A stretch of 64,000 nucleotides of DNA from Candidatus Doudnabacteria bacterium. Lineage in GTDB: Bacteria; Patescibacteriota; Doudnabacteria; UBA920; 2-01-FULL-46-14. The notes beneath the pieces were generated by a model, which did no database searches, was not told the origin of the DNA, and was given only the letters and a program-made list of their open reading frames with translations. The DNA is taken from contig JBGQGB010000001.1 of the NCBI GenBank assembly GCA_041497195.1, forward strand, positions 9,904-73,903. The letters are read 5' to 3'. The translations under genes were made by a program, and so were the position numbers. Numbering within the stretch: position 1 is the stretch's first letter; the number at the start of each line of letters is the position of its first letter. Below, piece after piece: positions 27,167 through 37,578 of this stretch.

Positions 27167-28264
27167 TTAATGTTGCAAAGACTTACTTAAAACCTGTTTG
27201 AAAAATACGTCAAATTCGCTAACTATATTATCCCAACGGAATCGCAGCGCGAAAACTCTTGCTTGCCGGCTCATTTCTGCGTTTAGACTCGGCTCCGTGG
27301 CTCTGATAAGACACTGGGCATATTCCTCAACATCAAACGCCTTGGCCTTCAGTGCCACTAACGAGTCTGACCAGGACAAACCGGGAATGTCAAAAATTAC
27401 TAGCGGCAAGCCAGAAGCTAGGGCCTCAAGCCCAAATATGGAAAAGGTCTCAAACCGCGAAGGAAGTGCTGCACAGACCGCTTCGGAAAGAGCCCTAAAC
27501 TTTTTCTCGCCGTACGTGGAACCAATCATTTTCACTTGTTTTTCCAATTTCAACTCGTGGATCAAAAGCAATATTTTGTCTTCGTCCTGACCGTGTCCCC
27601 CGATAACCAAGGGGTATCCGATTCTGTCTTTGATTTTTGCGTAAGCGTGGAGCAATAAATCAATACCCTTCTGATTCACATCAAAGCGGCCAATGAACAA
27701 AAGGTGTTTGGCCTCGCCTCTAGGCAGGTCGAAATACTCGTCCCCGACTCCATCTGGTATCACCCGGGAAATCATCCGGGAGTTAACTTGCCGGATTTTC
27801 CGCTCATCCCCACCATTCAAAGCAACTATGTATTTATAAAATTTCAATCCGAAGCGTTCCAGCAAGTCAAAGGGCAATTTATATTTTTTCTTCATTTCCC
27901 CAGCTGCAAAAAAGGTTGCATACCCGACTACCGGGGTTTTGGTAAACAAGGGTGCAAACGACACAGAAAACGGAGCAGTAAAGCTCTCCAAGATTATATC
28001 GGCCCGGATCTTTCGCACTGCAAAGGGTAATGCCAGAAGAAAACACACATTGTTGAACCGAGAATTATCGCTAGCCAAACCAATATGATGATGTTTGATC
28101 CCGTCCTCGTTATAATCCGCGTAATTCGGGTACTTGGAACAAATCACGGTAACATCATGGCCCATTTTCACGAGGCGTTTGCCGATTTCCCGCGTGCCCC
28201 TTGCCTGACCGCCGGCCCAATGTGGGTTTTTTAAATTGTCCATATCAATGATGAATATGTTCAT
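27167..28264 (-). CDS. GT4 family glycosyltransferase (GT-B fold)
   Basis: E-x7-E motif FETFSIFGLEALASGLP and the GT4 C-terminal domain pattern. Confidence 0.8.
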   Translation of the reverse strand: MNIFIIDMDNLKNPHWAGGQARGTREIGKRLVKMGHDVTVICSKYPNYADYNEDGIKHHHIGLASDNSRFNNVCFLLALPFAVRKIRADIILESFTAPFSVSFAPLFTKTPVVGYATFFAAGEMKKKYKLPFDLLERFGLKFYKYIVALNGGDERKIRQVNSRMISRVIPDGVGDEYFDLPRGEAKHLLFIGRFDVNQKGIDLLLHAYAKIKDRIGYPLVIGGHGQDEDKILLLIHELKLEKQVKMIGSTYGEKKFRALSEAVCAALPSRFETFSIFGLEALASGLPLVIFDIPGLSWSDSLVALKAKAFDVEEYAQCLIRATEPSLNAEMSRQARVFALRFRWDNIVSEFDVFFKQVLSKSLQH

Positions 28265-28327
28265 ATCTTCTTCTGGATATTTACGGCTCTTTTGATAGTC
28301 GTAGTTTTCTGGGTTCTCGCCATATGA

Positions 28328-29230
28328 TTAAATGCGTTTAGTAGTTTCACTGGTCGGCCAAAAATCGTTAAAGTCTCTGGATAATTTGATGCTCGCTCGG
28401 AACTTTAGGAACGAATACAGGAAAAACTTGATAGGATCGGATGCCAAAAACGTCAAAGTCATCCGTAAATTCATCCAAAATGACCGGTAATAAATTGCTC
28501 TGATATCTCCCTCAGGAAAATACCGCCTCAAACTCCACACACCGGATTTTTCCTTTTCCCTTACTTTCAAAAAATCTGTGTAGCTTTCCACGCAATGATA
28601 GATACATTTCGCAGATGGCACGAAGACCGTTTCGAAGCCGTTTTGCCGACACCACAGTAGTGCGTACGTATCTTCCGGAACAGCGGCTGGCCAGCGCAGC
28701 TGGTCGTAAATCTTTTTTGTGAAAGCGCGACCGCCACGTCCAGAACACAACCTGCTGCGGACTTCCGGGTCGTTTATAGAAAACCAGTCATAGATATCAC
28801 TTTGCACTTTGATTATTGTGCCGAAATAAGTTTGCGGCGCCACTGATTCAAAATTTCCTTGAGCATGCGCGATGTTGCGATTTGCAAGCAGCGGCTTCAG
28901 CAAATTGACTAGAAAATCTTTTCCCGCCGGCAACGTGTCGGCCTCCAAAAGAACCACGATATCACTCCGGCTCTGCAGAAAAATCAAATTTTGCGAAAAA
29001 TTCTGTCCGCGGCGCTCGGAATTGGCGATCAACTGCACCAGCCGGCTATTGATGGCTTTGACCGCCTCAACGGTCCGATCGGTACTTCCGTCAGAGACGA
29101 CTAGAATTTTCTCGACTGCGAAATTTTCCTGTTTTTGCGCCAAAATAGAAAGCAGCACATTTTTTATATTTGCTTCTTCATTGTAGGCCGGAACGCCAAT
29201 CGTAACAGTTGTAATGTGATCCTGGTTCAT
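28328..29230 (-). CDS. GT2 family glycosyltransferase (paralog)
   Basis: VTIGVPAYNEEANIKN, VVSDGSTDRT and LLEADT. Start set to MNQDHITT, overlapping the upstream gene's stop within ATGA. Confidence 0.8.
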   Translation of the reverse strand: MNQDHITTVTIGVPAYNEEANIKNVLLSILAQKQENFAVEKILVVSDGSTDRTVEAVKAINSRLVQLIANSERRGQNFSQNLIFLQSRSDIVVLLEADTLPAGKDFLVNLLKPLLANRNIAHAQGNFESVAPQTYFGTIIKVQSDIYDWFSINDPEVRSRLCSGRGGRAFTKKIYDQLRWPAAVPEDTYALLWCRQNGFETVFVPSAKCIYHCVESYTDFLKVREKEKSGVWSLRRYFPEGDIRAIYYRSFWMNLRMTLTFLASDPIKFFLYSFLKFRASIKLSRDFNDFWPTSETTKRI

Positions 29231-30129
29231 TTCGTTGAAGCGACCCTTTCCCATAAACCATTTTTGTAACTTCCCGTGTACCTCGTTTTGAAAACGCGAA
29301 TCCAAGTCTGCAGGGCGAGAAAAGATAGGGTGTGGAAAGGATCAATTAGAAAATTTCTGGCAAGTGACAAAATAATTTTCTGCAACGGAACCCTGTAGCT
29401 CGCCAGAGCCGCCGGGCCAAAATAGTCAGCCAGCTTGTCTCCCGTACTCATAAATCTCGTCGCCTGGCTGATGAAGTCGTGGAGGTTGGCGGGCTCACGG
29501 AAATGCACTACGGAATCGGGTACAAATTTGAAACTGAAACCAAGCTGTTTCGACTTCAGATAAAGGAATTTCGCATCGCTCAAGGCGTCTTGGGGAATGA
29601 ATAGCGTCTCAAAAAACTCGTGCCTTAAAGCTACCAGCCCACCACTGCTGTTATGAATATTGTCCCCGCCGCGGTAATTTCTCACGACTTCAGACCAAAT
29701 GATATCTGATCTATATAGCGATTTTTGTACGAACGCCCTGCCGGGATGTGGCGAAAGAGCTCCGCTAGCAATGCCAACCGCCGGATCTCGAAAAGCATCA
29801 ACCAAATTGTCTATCATGTCACTACTGCCACAATCCAGATCGGCATCGACGGTGATCAGAATATCAGTGCTGACCATTCGATATAGACTGTTCAGCCGGC
29901 CAATTTTTCCTAGCCGACGCTGGTCGGAAACAAGCCGCAATTTCGGGTAATTCCCCGCGAGATCGTTCACGGTTGAAGCCGTCCGGTCAGTTGACCCGTC
30001 ATCCATGACAATGATCTCACGAAGAAGATAGTTTTCGGCATGCTGCACGAAAATTGCCCGCAGAAGGTGGGCGATATTGTTTTCCTCGTTGAATGCCGGG
30101 ATGGCAATTGTGACAGTCGGTTTATTCAT
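29227..30129 (-). CDS. GT2 family glycosyltransferase (paralog)
   Basis: MNKPTVTIAIPAFNEENNI, VMDDGSTDRT and TVDADLD. Confidence 0.8.
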   Translation of the reverse strand: MNKPTVTIAIPAFNEENNIAHLLRAIFVQHAENYLLREIIVMDDGSTDRTASTVNDLAGNYPKLRLVSDQRRLGKIGRLNSLYRMVSTDILITVDADLDCGSSDMIDNLVDAFRDPAVGIASGALSPHPGRAFVQKSLYRSDIIWSEVVRNYRGGDNIHNSSGGLVALRHEFFETLFIPQDALSDAKFLYLKSKQLGFSFKFVPDSVVHFREPANLHDFISQATRFMSTGDKLADYFGPAALASYRVPLQKIILSLARNFLIDPFHTLSFLALQTWIRVFKTRYTGSYKNGLWERVASTK

Positions 30130-30138
30130 AGAATTACC

Positions 30139-33100
30139 TTAATCAAATTTCTGAACTTCATAAGCTCTTTCTGCAAAGACTTCTTGACTTCCTGCAATTA
30201 TCGAGAAAAAGGTGCCGCTGGTTTTGCTCCAGTCAAACTGCTTGGCCCACTCGGTGGCTTCACGGCCCATTTCCTGGCGCAATTTTTCGTTGCCAATAAT
30301 CTCGAGAACCGCATCTGCCAAAGCATTGCTGTTTCCATGCGGGACCAGAAATCCGGTAGTCGGATTTTGAACCGAATCGCGCAACCCAGGAACATTGGCC
30401 GCCACTGTCGGCGTGCCGCAGGCATTGGCTTCGATAGTCGTAATCCCCCACCCTTCCATCATGGAGGGATTGGCAAACACCCAGGCCTCCTGCATCAGCC
30501 GAACTTTTTCCGCATCGCTTACCCGGCCGCGAAACTCGATGACTTTATCCATATCCAAATCCCGGACGAATTCTTTGAGCCAGGACTCCTGCTCGCCACT
30601 TCCGGCAATGAGTAGTTTCGCTTCGGGGACTTGCTTGCTGACCGTTTGGAACGCTCTGATTAGGACATCAAGGGATTTGTAGGGCTTCAGACGGCCGACG
30701 TACAAGACAGTCGGGGTTTTACTTTTCGCAGCAGGCCGGTGCAACGTCAGGTCAACTCCATTATGAACTATATCAATGCCCGCACCGACAAGTCCGATTG
30801 TTTCCATTTCCGTTCTCGTTGACTCGGAAACTGTGATGAATTGCGTGTTTTGGTATACGATCGGCATCAGCCGCTTCTCCAAAAGCATGGCCACCATCGC
30901 CAAAGGCTTGCTCAGATATTTGCGGAAAATTTCCTGATGGATATGATGGACGACGCAGTACACCGGCTCTTTGACATATAGAGGTGTGAAAAATGGTATG
31001 CCGTTCTCGCAATCAATTACTACGTCATATTTCCCGCGGAAACGCAGCATATAGTAAAAGAAGGCCCAAAAATAGACGAGATAGAATCCGCCGCGGCGCA
31101 CGACCTCAATGCCATCGACTATCTCGCTTCGAGGCGACTTCCCGTCATTACCGCAGAAGATAGTTACCCGATTGCCTTCGGCGACCCAGCGTTTGGCCAT
31201 CTCCTGGACATACACCTCAGCGCCACCAGTGTATTCATGCCGTGTATCGCGCCAATTAAAAATCAAAATTCGTTTTTTTGTGGCGGCAAGGGCCTGCACA
31301 TGAGGGAGAGGCATAAAAACGCCCAAAAGATCCACTAAAGCGCGCTTTGCGTACTCTGCCCGATCCTCAAAAATATGCATCAGCAAAATCACGCCCAGGC
31401 CGATAGTGCTGGAACCAAAAATCACGTGGGTGATTTCATATATACTGTCATGTGAAATAAGAATTCCAATGAGCATCAATAACGATCCACCCAATGCCGC
31501 GAGCGGGAAGATGTATTGTTTACGCGCCAAATGATAGGTCACGATTACATTGGATAAAGTGAACATGGCGATGGCTGCAACGTAGATGTTCAAATACGGC
31601 AATATAGCAAAAGTCTTGCTGCCAAGCAGTAACGGGACGACTATCCTGCCCAAGGGTCCCAGAAACAACACACCAATTGATGTCAGGCCCAGCGTCACCC
31701 CCAAAATTAACCGAAAAGTCTTGACGGAGCTTTCCTTGAGTCCGCCAGCGCGCGATACGAACGTAATCATGAAAATAGTTGGCAGACTACCGAAAAAATA
31801 AATCATCTTGCCGACTAGGGATAAAAGCGAATATTGGCCGGCAAATTGGGGAGAAAGAAAATGTTTGACCAGCACGATGTCCAAATTCAAAAAGATGATC
31901 GAGGAAACCACGGTCAGAAGCGAAGCAGCGAAAAAATATGCGGGGAACTCACCGCGGGCAACCCGACTGCGTTGTGTGGCTCCCGCGGACTCACCCACCA
32001 TGCGTTCCGATAACCAGGCGGAAAAAGCGATCGAGATAGGAATAGAAAAATAGATCCACGAATGCCAGCCAACGAAAATCATCAGCACCGCCAAAATAAA
32101 CTTGCTGACAGCCTCTCCAATATATATATAGGCGACCCGACGAAACACCAATGTTCCGTTGAGGAGTCCGCGGTTCACCGAACCCAAAGCGCCAAGGGAC
32201 AATATCGGAGTAAAGGCGAATAAAATCACTTGGCTAGGCAGCCGGAAAAAAGCTGCGAGAAAAGGAACACAAGCTATCCATAGAAGCGATGCGCCCGCAG
32301 TCACGAGGAGAGTGCCTTTACGGACAAAGCGCGTAAAAGAATAAGCTTTTTCGTATCCCTGGGCTGCATACAGGTATGCCGTGCGCTCGTTGACCGTGGA
32401 CCCCAAAGCGGCAAAAAATAGTGCGGCCAAAGAAAGCAACGTGCTGACCAGAGTGACAATCCCCAACTCCTCGAATCCTAACTCTCGTCCCAAAAACGCA
32501 TTAAATAGAAAATTAAAGAAATTGGCGGCCATAATTGCCCCCATGAGCAGTCCAACACCCGAAAACAACGTTGGCCGAAGTGATGAGGGTACAAACCGTT
32601 GCAATCGTCCCGAGAGCCGGGCGGAGATCGTCGGACGAACTGTAGCTGGTTGAGCCGGCGCCGGGATTGGAATAGTGATATCCAGAGATTTTTTCACCCG
32701 CAAACCGTGCCGCGTCTTTTCCCAGTAATGAGGTTTCACGAACAACTGGTAAATAGCGACAGTGGAAGCCGCGCTGGCCATTAGCCAATAGACGGGAACG
32801 AGATAGACGTATTTGATGAGCGACCATTGCTGCCGTTTCGCGGCACCGATCATGTAGTAGTACAGGAACAAAAAGTTACCGAACACCAGCGACGTCACGG
32901 CGATGTACAAAATCGTATCCGGATAAAGCGCCTGAAAAGTCGGACCGACGATGGGCCGCAAGGTGAAATAGGAAATGGTTGCCAGCCACAAAATCGGATT
33001 AATAAGCAAAAACGCGATTTTGCCGCCGACCACCAGCTGAAACACGAACGCCTGAATCCCGTTTGACCGAACGAACTCCACTGGCCGGCGCATGTGCACC

Positions 33101-34842
33101 AGATAAGTCTGGATGTAGCCCTTGATCCAACGGGAGCGCTGCCGCAGCCAGTTGTGCCAATTGTTGTTTGCTTCCTCGAAAGTAGTCGAGTCGATAATGG
33201 CGGTCTTGTAACCTTGTTTGAAAATCCGCACGCCCAGATCGCAATCCTCAGTCACGTTGAAAGGATCCCAACCTTGCAGGATGCGTAAATCGCGGGTCCG
33301 GAAATGATTGCTCGTGCCGCCCAAAGGAATATAGGCGTTGATAGACTGCAAACCAGTAAGAATCACGTCAAACCACAGCGAATATTCGGCAGTGAACAGG
33401 CGCGTCAGGAGATTGTCATGAGGATTGTAATAATTGAGTTTCGCCTGCAGGCATTTCACGTTTTCCGGCAGGTTTTGAAAACCGAGGTAAGCTTTTTTGA
33501 GCTGCATCGGGTCGGGAACATCTTCAGCGTCATACACCACCAGATACTCCCCTCTGGCAAATCCCAGGCCGTAGTTGCAAGCCTTGGGTTTGGTTTTGGG
33601 CATCGAGTGCGGAACAACGAGGGCGCGGACATAGGACGGCAGGTTCAGATTGGTCGCGGCCAAGATGGTTTCCCGGTCGTCTTCCTCCAAAAGCAAAAGC
33701 ACATCGAGCTTGGTCTTGGGCCAGGAAATCCGGTCGAGCGATTCCAGAAATCCGGGCAAAACATGGGCCTCCCGGTACAGCGGGCATAAAATCGTATACA
33801 TTGGCAGATTTTTCTCGTCAATCTCTGCCAACTGTTCCCGGCTAAAATTTATTTCCGGGGGCGATTTGAGACTGCGTGTGACCAAAAAGAGATTGAAAAA
33901 CACATCAATGAAATAGATCGTGCTCAAAGCCGCAACCAGGATGATACCGGTGCGCAGCGGATTGACGAAAAAACCCAACGCCGTGGCGGCGAGTACTGCG
34001 GCGCCGAAAACCTTTTGCCAGGAACGGAAAGTCTGAATCGCCGAGGTGCGGTGTGACAGCGTCGTGTGGGTAACAAACCGACGGCCTTTATAGCTTAGTC
34101 CCGCTCCCAGCATGCTAGCATTACTCAGGGCTGGGATGCGTTGCGGATGGATGGCGCGGAATTTGAGCCGGACAGCGTTCCAGCCGATTTCCAAAGTGGC
34201 TTTCCAGACGTTGATTTTCGACTCCCCGGCGTGTCGTTCTTCAAAAACGATATGATGCCCGACGATTTTGTACCTGTTGTAGCGCGCCTGGATCAAAAAT
34301 TCCAGATCAAATGTCCAAGCCTCGGGATGAAGCGTGGTTTCGAGAAATACCTGCCGGCGGAATACCTTCAATCCCGACTGGGTATCAAAAGCGAGCCCAT
34401 GCAGCAAACGGGTAAACACAAAAGAGAATCCGCGGCTCAAAAAGCGCCGCATGTGATTCTCTTTGTGCACCGACCGATTCGCTACCACGACATCGGCGCC
34501 GGCGTTGAATTTTTTGATCATGTCCGGCAGCGCCTCAGGCGGATACTGCAGGTCCCCGTCTATCATGCCCAGCAGATCATAGCGCGCGAGCCGGAAACCT
34601 TCCAAAAGCGAATAAGCTTTTCCAGCTTTCCCCTGTTTAGTCCGAGCCAAGATGGGATATTGTTCGGCAAGCGACTGCAACAGTTCCCAGGTGCCGTCGG
34701 TGGAATGGTCGTCAATGAAGATGAGCTCGTAAACAATCCCGGCTTTCTTGAGGGCGCGGTCAAGACGCTCAACCAGGGGCCGGATGTTTTCTTTTTCGTT
34801 CAAAACGGGGATGACCAGTGATAAATTTGTGGAGTCCATGTG
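30139..34842 (-). CDS. Giant four-module glycosyltransferase fusion: DPM1/Ppm1-like GT2 + processive membrane GT2 (QxxRW) + flippase-like polytopic domain + GT4
   Basis: A single uninterrupted 1583-codon ORF. Module 1: LVIPVLNEKENI, IFIDDHSTDGT and IDGDLQ (DPM1-like). Module 2: DAEDVPD, TEDCDLG and WLRQRSRWIKG (processive GT2). About 14 TM segments follow (Wzx/MprF-flippase-like). The C-terminal module has EGWGITTIEANACGTP (E-x7-E of GT4). Start set to MDSTNLSL. Confidence 0.8.
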   Translation of the reverse strand, partial: HMDSTNLSLVIPVLNEKENIRPLVERLDRALKKAGIVYELIFIDDHSTDGTWELLQSLAEQYPILARTKQGKAGKAYSLLEGFRLARYDLLGMIDGDLQYPPEALPDMIKKFNAGADVVVANRSVHKENHMRRFLSRGFSFVFTRLLHGLAFDTQSGLKVFRRQVFLETTLHPEAWTFDLEFLIQARYNRYKIVGHHIVFEERHAGESKINVWKATLEIGWNAVRLKFRAIHPQRIPALSNASMLGAGLSYKGRRFVTHTTLSHRTSAIQTFRSWQKVFGAAVLAATALGFFVNPLRTGIILVAALSTIYFIDVFFNLFLVTRSLKSPPEINFSREQLAEIDEKNLPMYTILCPLYREAHVLPGFLESLDRISWPKTKLDVLLLLEEDDRETILAATNLNLPSYVRALVVPHSMPKTKPKACNYGLGFARGEYLVVYDAEDVPDPMQLKKAYLGFQNLPENVKCLQAKLNYYNPHDNLLTRLFTAEYSLWFDVILTGLQSINAYIPLGGTSNHFRTRDLRILQGWDPFNVTEDCDLGVRIFKQGYKTAIIDSTTFEEANNNWHNWLRQRSRWIKGYIQTYLVHMRRPVEFVRSNGIQAFVFQLVVGGKIAFLLINPILWLATISYFTLRPIVGPTFQALYPDTILYIAVTSLVFGNFLFLYYYMIGAAKRQQWSLIKYVYLVPVYWLMASAASTVAIYQLFVKPHYWEKTRHGLRVKKSLDITIPIPAPAQPATVRPTISARLSGRLQRFVPSSLRPTLFSGVGLLMGAIMAANFFNFLFNAFLGRELGFEELGIVTLVSTLLSLAALFFAALGSTVNERTAYLYAAQGYEKAYSFTRFVRKGTLLVTAGASLLWIACVPFLAAFFRLPSQVILFAFTPILSLGALGSVNRGLLNGTLVFRRVAYIYIGEAVSKFILAVLMIFVGWHSWIYFSIPISIAFSAWLSERMVGESAGATQRSRVARGEFPAYFFAASLLTVVSSIIFLNLDIVLVKHFLSPQFAGQYSLLSLVGKMIYFFGSLPTIFMITFVSRAGGLKESSVKTFRLILGVTLGLTSIGVLFLGPLGRIVVPLLLGSKTFAILPYLNIYVAAIAMFTLSNVIVTYHLARKQYIFPLAALGGSLLMLIGILISHDSIYEITHVIFGSSTIGLGVILLMHIFEDRAEYAKRALVDLLGVFMPLPHVQALAATKKRILIFNWRDTRHEYTGGAEVYVQEMAKRWVAEGNRVTIFCGNDGKSPRSEIVDGIEVVRRGGFYLVYFWAFFYYMLRFRGKYDVVIDCENGIPFFTPLYVKEPVYCVVHHIHQEIFRKYLSKPLAMVAMLLEKRLMPIVYQNTQFITVSESTRTEMETIGLVGAGIDIVHNGVDLTLHRPAAKSKTPTVLYVGRLKPYKSLDVLIRAFQTVSKQVPEAKLLIAGSGEQESWLKEFVRDLDMDKVIEFRGRVSDAEKVRLMQEAWVFANPSMMEGWGITTIEANACGTPTVAANVPGLRDSVQNPTTGFLVPHGNSNALADAVLEIIGNEKLRQEMGREATEWAKQFDWSKTSGTFFSIIAGSQEVFAERAYEVQKFD

Positions 34843-35047
34843 GAATGCTTCGCGGAAAAAACAATGAAAAAAAACGCCTTTTGCAAGCAATGCAGGTGTT
34901 GTGTTTTTGTTTTCGGTTATTTTTTTTTGGGCTAATCTCCTCTATGCCTGTAGTTCAGGACGGCGGAGAATAACCGTGTATATTTACATATTTTGCTTCA
35001 TCCGTCAAGTATATCATAAACAAGCCAAAAAGGAGCCGCGGGAATGT

Positions 35048-35077
35048 TTGACCGGAGCTCTATGGAGGCGGTATCAT
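35048..35077 (+). promoter_or_regulatory. Candidate sigma70-type promoter for dnaB
   Basis: TTGACC-N18-TATCAT, lying 22 nt upstream of the ATG. Confidence 0.3.
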
Positions 35078-35099
35078 ATATGTACATTAATATACCTTA

Positions 35100-36485
35100 A
35101 TGGCAGAAAATAAACCGCAAATAGACCGATTACCCCCGCAAAACCTCGAAGCTGAGACTTCGGTCCTAGGCGGCATCATGCTGGATCGGGACGCTATCAT
35201 CAAGGTCGCGGACCAGCTCGCTGCCGACGATTTTTACGACCGCCGCAATCAGCTGATTTATGAAACCATGATGGAACTTTATGACGATCGCTCCAGTATC
35301 GATGTTTTGACGGTGTCCAACCGCTTGCAGGAAAAAAGCATGCTGGAACAAATCGGGGGGATGAGTTACCTGACCTCACTCGTCAATAACACTCCGTCCG
35401 CCGCACACGTGATTCACTACGGAAAAATCGTCCAGCGCAAGGGCACATTGCGCAAACTCATCCAAGCGTCTTCCGACATTATCCATAGCGCTTATGGCGA
35501 AGTGGAAGATGTGGACGTGCTGCTGGACACAGCTGAACAAAAGTTGTTCGGCGTTTCCCAAAAATATCTCAAACAAAACTTCATCCCCCTGAGCGCCGTC
35601 TTGCATGAAACCTTTGACCGCATTGACGAACTGCACAAGGTCAAGGGCAAGTTGCGGGGCATCCCCACGGGCTTTGCGGATTTGGACAGGCTCTTGGGCG
35701 GCTTGCAAAAATCAGATTTGATAATTCTGGCGGCTCGACCCTCCATGGGCAAAACCTCTCTGGCTTTGGATATCGTCCGGCACGTCGGAGTGAAAGAAAA
35801 AATCCCGGTTGGTATGTTCTCTTTGGAAATGAGCAAAGACCAGCTGGTGGACAGGCTGCTGGCGTCTGAGGCTGACGTGGACCTCTGGAAAATGCGGACC
35901 GGCAGACTTTCCGATGAAGGAGAAAACAATGACTTTGAGCGGATCGGACACGCCATGGGCCGTCTCGCTGATGCCCCGATTTTTATCGACGATTCCGCCT
36001 CGAGCAATATCATGGAAATTCGCACCAAAGCCAGACGTTTACAGGCCGAACATGACTTGGGCCTCATCACCGTCGACTATCTGCAATTGATGGAAGGCCG
36101 CAATACCGAAAACCGAGTTCAAGAGGTTTCCGAGATTTCCCGCGCGCTCAAATCCCTCGCTCGCGAGCTCAACGTCCCGGTTCTGGCCCTATCCCAACTC
36201 TCGCGCGCGGTGGAGTCTCGCAACCCGCCCATCCCCCAGCTTTCGGACCTGCGCGAGTCCGGCTCGATTGAGCAGGACGCGGACGTGGTGATGTTCATTT
36301 ACCGCGAGGAACAATACAAAGGCAAAAACGCCAAGAATCCCCACATTGCGGAAATCATGATCAAAAAACACCGCAACGGTCCGACTGGCTCGCTCGATTT
36401 GTATTTTGATGAAGCCAAGACATCTTTCCGCAACCTCTCACACGAACGGGAAACAGAGGTGGTCGAGGAAATTGAAGAAATCTAG
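35100..36485 (+). CDS. dnaB: Replicative DNA helicase
   Basis: N-terminal LEAETSVLGGIMLD, Walker A AARPSMGKTS and the DnaB C-terminal RecA-like domain. Confidence 0.95.
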   Translation: MAENKPQIDRLPPQNLEAETSVLGGIMLDRDAIIKVADQLAADDFYDRRNQLIYETMMELYDDRSSIDVLTVSNRLQEKSMLEQIGGMSYLTSLVNNTPSAAHVIHYGKIVQRKGTLRKLIQASSDIIHSAYGEVEDVDVLLDTAEQKLFGVSQKYLKQNFIPLSAVLHETFDRIDELHKVKGKLRGIPTGFADLDRLLGGLQKSDLIILAARPSMGKTSLALDIVRHVGVKEKIPVGMFSLEMSKDQLVDRLLASEADVDLWKMRTGRLSDEGENNDFERIGHAMGRLADAPIFIDDSASSNIMEIRTKARRLQAEHDLGLITVDYLQLMEGRNTENRVQEVSEISRALKSLARELNVPVLALSQLSRAVESRNPPIPQLSDLRESGSIEQDADVVMFIYREEQYKGKNAKNPHIAEIMIKKHRNGPTGSLDLYFDEAKTSFRNLSHERETEVVEEIEEI

Positions 36486-36504
36486 CCGATAAAGAAACAA
36501 ATAG

Positions 36505-37125
36505 ATGGCTGTCCTGCCAAGAAGCATCCGCAAACTTATTGAGGAATTGAGTAAGTTACCAGGGGTCGGTCCAAAAAGCGCCTCCCGGTTGGCATTTTTT
36601 TTATTGAAAGCCCCGGATCTGGACCGGGAAAGCCTGGCCCGGGCAATTAATGAGCTCAAAACGGAACTGATGTTTTGCCAACAATGCCACAACCTCTCCG
36701 AAAACATCCTGTGCAGTATTTGCTCTGACAAAAGCCGCGACCAAAATCTAATCTGCGTGGTGGAAGAACCCCTCGACGTGGTGGCTTTGGAGCAGGGCCG
36801 GATATATCAGGGCACTTATCATGTCCTCGGCGGCGTCATCTCCCCTATCGAAGGGGTGGGGCCGCAGGACCTCAAAATTGCAGAGTTACTCGCCCGGCTC
36901 AAAGGATTGCAAGGCAGCACTGAAGTAATACTGGCGACCAATCCGTCTCTGGAAGGAGAAAGTACCGCCCTATATCTGGCGAAGCAACTGCAGGCTTTCC
37001 CCAGTTTGATCTTGACTCGCATCGCTCACGGCTTGCCCATCGGTGGGGACATCGAATACGCGGACGAGCTGACCATCAACAAAGCCATGGAAGGACGAAG
37101 GGAATACAAGATCAAAATTCAATAG
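36505..37125 (+). CDS. recR: Recombination protein RecR
   Basis: HhH motif LPGVGPKSASRLAFFLL, C4 zinc finger CQQCHN...CSICSD, and a Toprim domain. Confidence 0.95.
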   Translation: MAVLPRSIRKLIEELSKLPGVGPKSASRLAFFLLKAPDLDRESLARAINELKTELMFCQQCHNLSENILCSICSDKSRDQNLICVVEEPLDVVALEQGRIYQGTYHVLGGVISPIEGVGPQDLKIAELLARLKGLQGSTEVILATNPSLEGESTALYLAKQLQAFPSLILTRIAHGLPIGGDIEYADELTINKAMEGRREYKIKIQ

Positions 37126-37164
37126 GATAGATTTTACCAAGCAAAAAACCCCTTTTGGGGGTTT

Positions 37165-37470
37165 TTAGATTTTGAGTATCTCGACGTCGGTAAACTCCTG
37201 CCGGTAGCCTTTGCGGCGGCGGTAACGGACCTTGGATTTGTATTTGAAAATGCGGATCTTTTTCCCGCGCCCTTGTTTGAGGACCTTGCCCATGACCTTG
37301 GCCCCAGCCACGTAAGGATTACCCACTTTCAGATCAGCCGCATCAGAGGCAATGAGCAAGACTTTATCAAAAACAACTTCCTGACCCTCGGTCACGGGAA
37401 GTTTTTCCACGCGGATTTTGCTCTGAGGGGAAACCAGATATTGTTTTCCTCCGGTCTCAATGACTGCAAA
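37165..37470 (-). CDS. rplU: 50S ribosomal protein L21
   Basis: MFAVIETGGKQYLV... Track ORF trimmed to the conserved N-terminus. Confidence 0.9.
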   Translation of the reverse strand, partial: FAVIETGGKQYLVSPQSKIRVEKLPVTEGQEVVFDKVLLIASDAADLKVGNPYVAGAKVMGKVLKQGRGKKIRIFKYKSKVRYRRRKGYRQEFTDVEILKI

Positions 37471-37513
37471 CATATGAAGAAAAGATAGCAAAGGCAGGAC
37501 CTCGAGTCAAGTC

Positions 37514-37563
37514 AAAAAAAATTCCGGTACTGCTGTCCGATTCAATCGGGAAGCAGTACCGGA
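37514..37563 (-). terminator. Rho-independent terminator (long hairpin + T8)
   Basis: ttccggtactgctgtccgatt-caa-tcgggaagcagtaccggaa with A8 on the plus strand, which reads as T8 on the minus strand. Confidence 0.6.
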
Positions 37564-37578
37564 AAAACTAATCTGGAT

